A stretch of DNA of 64,000 nucleotides, taken from Myxococcota bacterium (lineage in GTDB: Bacteria > Myxococcota_A > Polyangia > Nannocystales > Nannocystaceae). Under the pieces are notes generated by a model. It saw only the letters and a program-made list of their open reading frames with translations, had not been told where the DNA came from and ran no database searches. Below are positions 49,791 through 57,984 of this stretch, one piece after another; position 1 is the stretch's first letter, and the number at the start of each line of letters is the position of its first letter. The stretch spans positions 384,001-448,000 of the forward strand of contig JBCCHT010000001.1 of assembly GCA_039028615.1 (NCBI GenBank). The letters are read 5' to 3'. Made by a program: the position numbers and the translations under genes.

Positions 49791-51383
49791 TTAGAGCTGG
49801 CGAATCACCAGCGTGGCGTTGGAGCGATCCTCGTAGCCACGCATGGCCACGTGAACCTTGTCGCCCTTCTTGACCTTCAGGGTCGCCCGCTCGTTGCTGC
49901 CTTCGGCGTACATCAGCAGGTCGAAGTCGCCTTGGTCACCATCGCCACGAATCACCGGGTCGGCCCCGAACCGAGCGTAGGCGTCCATGTCTCCGCGACC
50001 GGACATCGCGAACTCGAGCACGCCGCCCTCGGCCACGTCGATGACCCCGAGCTGCTCGACCTCACCCGCATCGAGCCGGGCGGACCAGGTCACGTCGACC
50101 TTGTCGCTGCGGTCGGGCACGTCTTGGCGCGACTTCTCGAGCAGGGTCCGAACCTCGTCGAGGGAGACGTAGGGCGACAGCGGAGAGCCCGCGTGCAGCG
50201 GCAGCCACAGGAAGTCGGGGTGCTCGGTGCGGCTGGTGGCCAGCCACTCACCGCCGATGATGTTGCCTTCCGCGTCGAGCTCGAGGAGGTACTCGTAGGG
50301 GTCGGTACGCTCCCAGGTGTCGTCGTGAGCGTTGGGCTGCGTGCCCGCGTGAGACTCGGTGATGTAGTCCACCTCGCACCGCACGTGCTGAAACCGCGTC
50401 GCCTCCTTGTTGTACCGGTAGCGAAGGCCCGCCATGCGCACGAGGTTGATCGCCTGGCGCTTGTTGACCTCCTCGGAGAAGGTCACCCGGTACTCGCGAA
50501 TCGGCTGGTTCCAGACCTCGTAGTTCGCGGTCCGGTCCTCGCAGAAGGACCGCTTGTCGCGACCGATGAGGTTGGCCAAGCACAGGTGGAACGCGCCCGG
50601 GTTGATGTCGCGGGCATCGGCCTTCTCGGCGCGACCCCGGCCATCGAGGGCGATGTCCCGCTCTTCGTTGCGTCGACCGATGAGGATCGCCGCCACTTGG
50701 TTGTAGCAAGCGATGAGCAGCGCCTTGATGTCGCTGACCTCGAAGCGAATGCCGTTGTGCTCCACCGCCTTGAGCGGCTCCGGCTCGAGAATGGCGACCG
50801 GGGCCCACGCGTGACACAGGCCGAACCAGGTCTCGATGCCGCCGTAGTCTTCCTTGGAGTTCCCGCTCTTGGCGGTTCCATCGGGGCGCAGCAGGCCCGC
50901 CGCCGCCGCCTCGCGAGTCACTCGGTTGCCGTAGCGCATGCTGCAATCACGCGCGAAGGGCCCGAGCTTCCGATAGTAAGACTGATCGAAGTCTTTATCG
51001 AACGACCCGTGCTCCGCTTTGTAGGGCCGAAGTCCCTTGACCCGTTGCGGGTTCCAGCCATTGAATGCCGCATCGAACTTCTCGGCCGGCGACAGATCGG
51101 TGAGAAAGTCCCCCGTCTTCTGCCAACGAGCATTCACGCCATCTTGATAGGTCGGCCAGTAGGTGTCCGCCCACGGCCGAGGCTCGGCGATACCCGACGA
51201 TGCCAGCTTGTCGTAGCGCGTCTCGAGCGGGACGCGGAAGCGGGTGGGGTCGTTGGAAAATGCCCATTCATCGAGGGCGGCGTCGCGGGCCGACGGGGTC
51301 GTCGTCGGCTCGGCCTCCGGGGCCTGCGAGCCCGTGTCATCAGAGTGGGAAGTGTGAGGAGGAGCGGTTGGGGGGCATCTCAC
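49791..51383 (-). CDS. Transglutaminase-elicitor (GP42)-like protein with a C-terminal PPC-like domain
   Basis: PWADTYWP, SPAEKFD, WFGLCHAWA, DIKAL, NPGAFH, VWNQPI, YLLELD..G.IIGGEW and HPDFLW; PPC-like SGRGDMDAY. Start uncertain. Confidence 0.8.
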   Translation of the reverse strand: MRCPPTAPPHTSHSDDTGSQAPEAEPTTTPSARDAALDEWAFSNDPTRFRVPLETRYDKLASSGIAEPRPWADTYWPTYQDGVNARWQKTGDFLTDLSPAEKFDAAFNGWNPQRVKGLRPYKAEHGSFDKDFDQSYYRKLGPFARDCSMRYGNRVTREAAAAGLLRPDGTAKSGNSKEDYGGIETWFGLCHAWAPVAILEPEPLKAVEHNGIRFEVSDIKALLIACYNQVAAILIGRRNEERDIALDGRGRAEKADARDINPGAFHLCLANLIGRDKRSFCEDRTANYEVWNQPIREYRVTFSEEVNKRQAINLVRMAGLRYRYNKEATRFQHVRCEVDYITESHAGTQPNAHDDTWERTDPYEYLLELDAEGNIIGGEWLATSRTEHPDFLWLPLHAGSPLSPYVSLDEVRTLLEKSRQDVPDRSDKVDVTWSARLDAGEVEQLGVIDVAEGGVLEFAMSGRGDMDAYARFGADPVIRGDGDQGDFDLLMYAEGSNERATLKVKKGDKVHVAMRGYEDRSNATLVIRQL

Positions 51384-52446
51384 CGGGCAATTTATCTCCC
51401 GAGGAGCCGCCTGCCGTCGAGTCCGGGTTCCGGCCGCCGCTCGGTCTTGCGCCGGACCGCCGTTTGTCCTGAGAACCCGAACCGTTAGCTGCCGCCCGCG
51501 TGCATCGCACGGACCCCCGTGGGCCCCTCTTGGCGGTATCGCGCGGGGAAGACGAGGCGCAGCGACCCGTGCCGTCCCACTCTCGGCCGGCCGGCAGTTT
51601 CGATCCCGAGCGCCGCTCGAGGCCGGTTCGGCCACCCCGACCCTCGCGATCTTCGGCCCCGGCTCAGACCGTGCCGGTGCGCCCATCGTCGCCCGGGCCC
51701 CCACTGCAGGCGATGCTCCGTGCTCCCATTTTCCCGTAGTTTGCGTGGCCTACCACCAAACCTTTGCACCGGCACCACGCCACTGTCAGATTCTTTACGG
51801 CATCGTCCCGTCGTCGTGTAAATCGATTGACGTCCATGAGTTCATGGCCGTTTTTCGTGACACGGATCGAGACCTTCACAGAGATCCGGCACGCTTGTTT
51901 CCGCGTCTAGTGGGTTTTCTCGATGAACCCAAACTACCGCAGACTGAACACTATCTACCGTTTGCGGCACGAACCGTGGCCCGGACGTCATTGCGACAGT
52001 AACTGTATAGTCAGTCAAAGATGGACGAATTTTTTCGATTGTTGCACCAATTTACCTCGACTCCATTCGATGGCTCTGATACGGTCGAGAACATCATGAT
52101 TGCTGGTGTGCTTCTCCAAGCGAGGTCCTGGTTGGATAGCCTCGTGAGTTCCTCGGAGGTCGACTTCGAGGCTCGGGGAAGAACCCAATCGTAGGGCGCT
52201 CTCGCGTTTCGTACGTCCGTAGAGCGCCCGCCCCGACCCCACGCACCGCGTAGAGGGTCCATCGACGAATCGGAAGACTCCGTGTCTCCCGGCCCCTGTG
52301 CCGTGAGTCGGGGTGCTGGTTTCGTTTCGTCGATCCATTGATTTGCCACCGGAACAGAGTGTGGCTTCGATTCCCGCGATCTCCCATCGTGGCAATGCGA
52401 AGCCTTGGTTCGAATCGTCGACAACAAACCGAGAAGAAGAGATCCA

Positions 52447-53769
52447 ATGTACAAGTACGCAACGTGGTTACTAGCCGCGGCCGCTGCCGGCTATGCACTA
52501 GTCTCGTCGAGCCCCGCGGCTGCCGCCGAGGCTGAGGCTCTCACTACCGAACAGGTGCTCTTCGTCGCCAACAATGCATGGATGCTATTGGCGACCTTCC
52601 TCGTGTTCATCATGCACTTGGGCTTTTCCGCGCTGGAAATTGGCCTCACGCGCTCGAAGAACACGGTCAACATCCTGTTCAAGAACTTCCTGATCGTCGC
52701 CATTGGCCTGCTCACCTACGCAGGCATCGGCTTCAGCCTGATGTACCCCGGGGAGGACTTTGCGGGGCAGTTCTTCGGCTTTGCCGGGCTCGGCCTCACC
52801 GCTCCCGCCAACGGCATGACCCTCGAGTACGCCAGCGGCGGCTACACCTACTGGACCGACTTCCTGTTCCAGGGAATGTTCGCCGCCACCGCAGCCACCA
52901 TCGTTTCTGGAGCGGTGGCCGAGCGCATCAAGCTGTCGAGTTTCTTGGTCTTTTCCACGCTCTTCGTGTCGCTGGCCTACCCGATCGTCGGCATGTGGAA
53001 GTGGGGCGCGGGCTGGCTCGACGCGGCTGGATTCCACGACTTCGCCGGCTCGACCATCGTGCACTCGGTGGGCGGCTGGGGTGCCCTGGCCGGCATCATC
53101 GTGCTCGGTCCTCGGATCGGAAAGTACGTCGATGAGACCATTCGCCCGATCCCCGGTCACAGCATGCCCATGGCCACGCTGGGCGCATTCTTGTTGTGGT
53201 TCGGCTGGTTCGGCTTCAACGGTGGCTCGGTGCTCAGCGCCAGCCCGGCGGACATCTCGCTAGTCTGCGTGACCACCAGCCTCGCCGCCGCGGCGGGCGT
53301 CATGGGGGCCTCGGTGACCTCCTGGTTCATCCAGAAGCAGCCGGACCTCTCGATGGCGCTCAACGGCGCTCTGGCGGGCCTGGTGGGCATCACCGCGGGT
53401 GCCGACGTCGTCAGCCCGGGAGCTTCGGTCATCATCGGAGCGATCGCCGGCGTGGTGGTCGTATGCAGCGTCATCGGCCTCGACAAGGCCCGGCTCGACG
53501 ACCCGGTCGGTGCCGTCTCCGTGCACCTCGTCTGCGGTATCTGGGGCACCTTGGCCGTCGGCATCTTCGGCGAGGGCAAGGACTTCATCGCGCAGCTCAC
53601 CGGCGTCGCGGCGACCGGAGCGTTCTGCTTCCCCGTCGCCTACGCCCTCATGCGGGGCCTGAAGGCGACCATCGGCCTGCGCGTAAGCGAAGAGGAAGAG
53701 CGCCAGGGCCTCGATCACAGCGAGCATGGCATGGAGTCCTACGCGGGCTTCCAGATCATCAACCCCTGA
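52447..53769 (+). CDS. amt: Ammonium transporter
   Basis: Motifs FQGMFAAT, SGAVAER, DFAGSTIVH, LWFGWFGFNGGS and DDPVGAVSVH. Confidence 0.97.
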   Translation: MYKYATWLLAAAAAGYALVSSSPAAAAEAEALTTEQVLFVANNAWMLLATFLVFIMHLGFSALEIGLTRSKNTVNILFKNFLIVAIGLLTYAGIGFSLMYPGEDFAGQFFGFAGLGLTAPANGMTLEYASGGYTYWTDFLFQGMFAATAATIVSGAVAERIKLSSFLVFSTLFVSLAYPIVGMWKWGAGWLDAAGFHDFAGSTIVHSVGGWGALAGIIVLGPRIGKYVDETIRPIPGHSMPMATLGAFLLWFGWFGFNGGSVLSASPADISLVCVTTSLAAAAGVMGASVTSWFIQKQPDLSMALNGALAGLVGITAGADVVSPGASVIIGAIAGVVVVCSVIGLDKARLDDPVGAVSVHLVCGIWGTLAVGIFGEGKDFIAQLTGVAATGAFCFPVAYALMRGLKATIGLRVSEEEERQGLDHSEHGMESYAGFQIINP

Positions 53770-53805
53770 GACTCGAACCGAGCACGACGAAAGGGTTTAC
53801 AGGCC

Positions 53806-54147
53806 ATGAAACTCGTAATCGCATACATCCAGGAAGACCGGCTGGACCACGTCCTCGACGTACTCACGAAAGCCGAGCTCCACCGGGTGTCGGTCACCAA
53901 TGCCCTGGGCTGCGGGGCACAACTCGGCTACTCCGAGAGCTACCGCGGCGCTCGCAAGCGGGTGAATCTGCTGAAGAAGATTCGCTTGGAGATCGCAATC
54001 AACGACGACTTCGAAGAGCGCACCATAGACGCGATCAAAGAAGGCTGTCAGACGGGGAAGATCGGCGACGGCAAGATCTTCGTACTCGAGCTGCCCCGTT
54101 GTGTCCGTATCCGTACTGGTGAAGAGGGACCCGAGGCGATCGGATAG
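53806..54147 (+). CDS. glnK: P-II nitrogen regulatory protein
   Basis: MKLVIAYI, T-loop YRG, TGKIGDGKIFV and RIRTGE; directly downstream of amt. Confidence 0.9.
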   Translation: MKLVIAYIQEDRLDHVLDVLTKAELHRVSVTNALGCGAQLGYSESYRGARKRVNLLKKIRLEIAINDDFEERTIDAIKEGCQTGKIGDGKIFVLELPRCVRIRTGEEGPEAIG

Positions 54148-54253
54148 CTCGCTCTCCCATTGGATCCAATGGAGGCCGCGCCCTGCGGCCGGCCTCCCCT
54201 TGCCCTGCTGCTGAATCGGTCTCGCCACGAGGCCCTCCCGAGGAATTTGTCCG

Positions 54254-55747
54254 ATGAAAACGAAAACGCTGTGTTTGTCCCTCTTCCCGTCCCTTGCCGC
54301 CCTCACTGGTGCACTGTGCCCTCAGGTGGTCCACGCGTCCGTCCTCGGCGACGGCGAAGACTCGATGGCCGAGTCGAGCGAGTCGACGATCGCTCCGGAC
54401 CCATCGCCCGCACCGCCACCTGACCAGCCGCCGCCTACCTCTACGCCGACCGAGACCGTGGGAGCGCCCGACTCGGGCGCGGCCGAGGCCGACGAGGCGC
54501 CGGCGACCAGCGTGGCGACTGCAGAGCCTGCGGCCGAGCCAGTGGCCGAGCCGACCACGGCACCACCCGCGGCCACGGTGGCCACAACCGAGGATGAGCA
54601 GGGAGTAACCACCGCGGGTGCGGCTTCGGCTGCACCCGCGGTGGCCGGGGATTCCCCGGACGTCGCGTCCGAGGCTCCTCCCAAGTGGACCGACGACCTC
54701 TCCTTTGGCGCCTTCGTCGACGCCTACGTGGGTTTCAACACCAACATGCCGCGACCCCAGGGCGGCAACAATGCGCTGCGCGCCTTCGACTCGGCCAACG
54801 GCTTCTCGCTGGCGTGGGCGGGGCTCAACACCAGCTACGAGGGCGAGCGCGCGGGCGCGACGGTCGACCTTCGCTTCGGGCCCGCCACCAACGCGGGATG
54901 GTCCGACGACGCAATCCCCGGCATCCAGCACGTCAAGCAGGGCTACGCGACCTGGAACGCCCTGCCCGAGGGCAAGCTGACCTTCGACTTCGGTCGCTTC
55001 GACACCATCTACGGAGCCGAGGTCGCCGAGAGCTGGAACAACCACACCTACACCCGAGGCGCGCTGTACAACCTCGCACAGCCCTTCTGGCACACCGGTC
55101 TCCGCGTGAGCAGCCAGCTCAACGACACGGTGGCCATCAACGGGCTGCTGGTCAACGGCTGGGGGCACATCGTCGACAACAACGCGGCCAAGAGCGTGGG
55201 TCTGCAGCTCGGCCTGACCCCGGGCAAGGGCGTCTTCGGCCTCTATGTGGGCTACCTCGGCGGAGCCGAGAGCGACGACGTCGACGAGCTGGGGGTCTCG
55301 ATCGAGGGGGCCAACTGGGATCTGCGGCACCTCGCCGACGTGGTCATGACCGTCGACCTTCGCCGACTGTCGCTGGCGTTCAACGCCGACTACGTGTTCG
55401 ACGACACGCCCGCCGGGCCGCAGCAGTGGGCCGGCGCCATGGCCAGCGCGCGCTTCCAGGCCACCGATTGGCTCGGCCTGGCCGCGCGCGGCGAGTACCT
55501 GTTCGATCCGGACGGCTTCATGAGCGGAGCGCCCAGCAACACGCTGGCCACCGGCACCCTGACCGCCGACTTCAAGCCGGCCAAGATGCTGACCCTGCGC
55601 TTCGATGCCCGTGGTGATGCTTCCCAGGAGGCGATCTTCTCGACCGGCACCGCCACGCCCTCCGCCGACCCCGAGATGCCCACCCCGCCCGAGCTGCGTC
55701 AGTTCCAGCTGACCTTCACGCTGGGCATGGTCGTCCACAGCTTCTAG
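54254..55747 (+). CDS. Outer-membrane beta-barrel porin (BBP2/OmpL-like)
   Basis: Signal peptide, Pro/Ala/Thr spacer, FVDAY, DFGRFDTIYGAEV, PFWHTG, NGW and a terminal Phe. Confidence 0.85.
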   Translation: MKTKTLCLSLFPSLAALTGALCPQVVHASVLGDGEDSMAESSESTIAPDPSPAPPPDQPPPTSTPTETVGAPDSGAAEADEAPATSVATAEPAAEPVAEPTTAPPAATVATTEDEQGVTTAGAASAAPAVAGDSPDVASEAPPKWTDDLSFGAFVDAYVGFNTNMPRPQGGNNALRAFDSANGFSLAWAGLNTSYEGERAGATVDLRFGPATNAGWSDDAIPGIQHVKQGYATWNALPEGKLTFDFGRFDTIYGAEVAESWNNHTYTRGALYNLAQPFWHTGLRVSSQLNDTVAINGLLVNGWGHIVDNNAAKSVGLQLGLTPGKGVFGLYVGYLGGAESDDVDELGVSIEGANWDLRHLADVVMTVDLRRLSLAFNADYVFDDTPAGPQQWAGAMASARFQATDWLGLAARGEYLFDPDGFMSGAPSNTLATGTLTADFKPAKMLTLRFDARGDASQEAIFSTGTATPSADPEMPTPPELRQFQLTFTLGMVVHSF

Positions 55748-55877
55748 CCCTGTTCGCGGGACCGCGGCGCCGGACGCTTACTCGAATGGAGGCGACCGCG
55801 GCCCGCGAGCGGCGGCGAGAAAACGCATGGAGGCGGGCGGGGAATGAGCCGCGCCCGCCTTCGGTTGTGCCGGGCCA

Positions 55878-56867
55878 ATGACCCACGATTCGGCTGAGCG
55901 CTCCCGACGGTACTCCCCCGAGCTGGCCGCCCTCGCACTGCGACGGGCGGCTCGACTTCAGGTCGAGGCCCAGGAACGCGAGCCGGCCAGCGGCTCCGAG
56001 CGCGGGGCCGGCCCGGCTCAGGATCACCTCGACGGCTACGCGCACGAAGATCTCGTCCAGGCCGCGCGCGAGGTCGGCATCGAGGGCCAGCACCTCACCG
56101 TCGCCCTCGCCGAGCTGCAAGATCGCGATCGCAACGCCGCCCTCGTGCTCGAGGACCCCTCCGAGGAACGACTCGCGCAGCGGTGGCTCGGCACGCGCAA
56201 CCGCGCCTTGTCCGTCACCCAGGTCATCGAGGGTACGCCGGCCGAGGTCTGGCGGCTCCTGGGCGCGGTGTTCGAGGACTCGCGCGCCGGCCTCGAACTC
56301 CGTCGGGTCACCGGAGACATGGCCCACGGCGGCATGGCTCACTTCGCGATGATGCCCCTGAAGCACATGATGGGCGAGCGCGGGACCTATACGCCGCTGT
56401 GCTACCACATGGAGCAGCTCGAGCTGCGCGAGCTCGACGTGGAGCTCACCGACCTGGGGACCTCCACCCGCGTCACCGTGCATGCCGATCTACGCCCTGG
56501 GGCGCGTATCAACCTGCGGTGGGCTCGGCGCATCAGCGCGGGCTTGGGCGTGATGATGGGCGGCGCGGGCATCCTCGGCGGCGCCGCGCTCGGGGCCTTG
56601 GGTGTGCTGGGCTTTGGAGCAGCGGGCCTGGTGGGTGGCGCCGGCCTGGCGCTGAGCCTGTGGCGATGGTCCTACCCGCGAGCGGTCCGCAAGCTCCGCG
56701 AGGACCTGGTGGCCATGCTCGAGCGCATCGAGGGACGTCGCCTCCGGGAGACCGGGCACCGCATGCCCGCACCGCTCCCCGCACTCCCGCCCGCCACGTC
56801 GGCGCCGCACGGCGATCGTGCGCCTTCGGCCGAGCGCATGAGCCTCCAGCCCACCGCCGCCGGCTGA
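55878..56867 (+). CDS. Hypothetical membrane protein
   Basis: ALRRAARLQ and L.QAAREVGI helices plus a Gly-rich TM hairpin. Confidence 0.7.
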   Translation: MTHDSAERSRRYSPELAALALRRAARLQVEAQEREPASGSERGAGPAQDHLDGYAHEDLVQAAREVGIEGQHLTVALAELQDRDRNAALVLEDPSEERLAQRWLGTRNRALSVTQVIEGTPAEVWRLLGAVFEDSRAGLELRRVTGDMAHGGMAHFAMMPLKHMMGERGTYTPLCYHMEQLELRELDVELTDLGTSTRVTVHADLRPGARINLRWARRISAGLGVMMGGAGILGGAALGALGVLGFGAAGLVGGAGLALSLWRWSYPRAVRKLREDLVAMLERIEGRRLRETGHRMPAPLPALPPATSAPHGDRAPSAERMSLQPTAAG

Positions 56868-56873
56868 CGGGGT

Positions 56874-57941
56874 TCAGCGCTCGTCGGCCCACCCCGGGCG
56901 AGCGTCGTGCTCGGCCAACCGGTACACGCCCCGCGCCGCGGCCTGGACCAACACCGCCATGCGCTCGTAGTTCATCGTGTCCGCCTCGTCCTTGGGCGTG
57001 TGGTAGACGCCGTCCATCACCCGCCCGGTGGAGAGCGTGTGGGCCACGACGCCCGCTCGGGCGAACGGAGCGTTGTCGGAGGCGCCGAAGGCCTGGCCCT
57101 CGAAACGACCGATGGTGGCGGCATCGACGACGTCGACCCCTCGCTGCACGTTGGCGTCGATGAACCAGGAGCCGAAGTCCGAGCGCTCCATCCCCGTGAT
57201 CCAGATCGTCGGCGAGTTGTCCTCGAGCCCCCGCCCGAGCATCTCCAGGTTCACCACCGCGATGGTGTCCTCGAGCGGCCGGAGCGGATTTTCCACGTAG
57301 TGCTTCGAGCCGAGCAACCCGAGTTCCTCTCCGCAGAACGTGATGAACAGGACGCTGCGCCGCGGCCGTTGGGACGCGGCGACCAGGGCCCGAGCCACCG
57401 CCATGACGCCGGCCACCCCGCTGGCGTTGTCGTTGGCACCGTTGTAGATGCCGTCGCCGTCGGCATCCTCGTCCCGTCCCAGGTGATCGTAGTGAGCGCT
57501 CACCACCACCGTCTCGTGGGCCAAGTCGGGATCGCGACCAGGCAGCAGCGCCAGCACGTTGCTCGAGACACCCGGTCGACGCCGCCCGCCACACTCGAAG
57601 CGCTGCTGGTAGCCCGTGGCCCCTGGCACCGTCTCGAGGCCCTGGGCGACGAAGAACTCTTCGATGAACTTCGCCGCCTCGTCCAGCTGCGGCGTCGAAG
57701 TGCCGCGCCCCTCGAGACGATCATCGGCCAGGGTGCCGACCCAGCCCCGCAATGCGTCGGCGGTGATCGACTCGAGCGCGGCGTCGTCGATCGCGGCCGG
57801 CTCCGCCCCCGCGGGCCCCGGCCGGGGAGCGGCCTGCTCCACCGCGGGCACAGGCGATTCGGTGTCGGGTCCCGGCTCGGCGTGACACCCCGCCACCATG
57901 AGGACGACGCTTCCTACCACCAGTGCGAGCCGACTCCACAT
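56874..57941 (-). CDS. M28 family peptidase lipoprotein
   Basis: VAGC lipobox; LADDRLEGR, SAHYDHLG, NGANDNASG, GEELGLLGS, SDN and YHTPKD. Confidence 0.92.
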   Translation of the reverse strand: MWSRLALVVGSVVLMVAGCHAEPGPDTESPVPAVEQAAPRPGPAGAEPAAIDDAALESITADALRGWVGTLADDRLEGRGTSTPQLDEAAKFIEEFFVAQGLETVPGATGYQQRFECGGRRRPGVSSNVLALLPGRDPDLAHETVVVSAHYDHLGRDEDADGDGIYNGANDNASGVAGVMAVARALVAASQRPRRSVLFITFCGEELGLLGSKHYVENPLRPLEDTIAVVNLEMLGRGLEDNSPTIWITGMERSDFGSWFIDANVQRGVDVVDAATIGRFEGQAFGASDNAPFARAGVVAHTLSTGRVMDGVYHTPKDEADTMNYERMAVLVQAAARGVYRLAEHDARPGWADER

Positions 57942-57984
57942 GACAGCGGAGGTACCACACCTTGGCCGGAAGGCCGATGCTCAC

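Noticed and set aside
51880..52380. Sigma-54 promoter or NtrC sites upstream of amt
   Set aside because: Candidates (CGGCACGCTTGTTTC, TGGCTTCGATTCCCGC) fail the GG-N10-GC rule, and only TGCACC half-sites are present.
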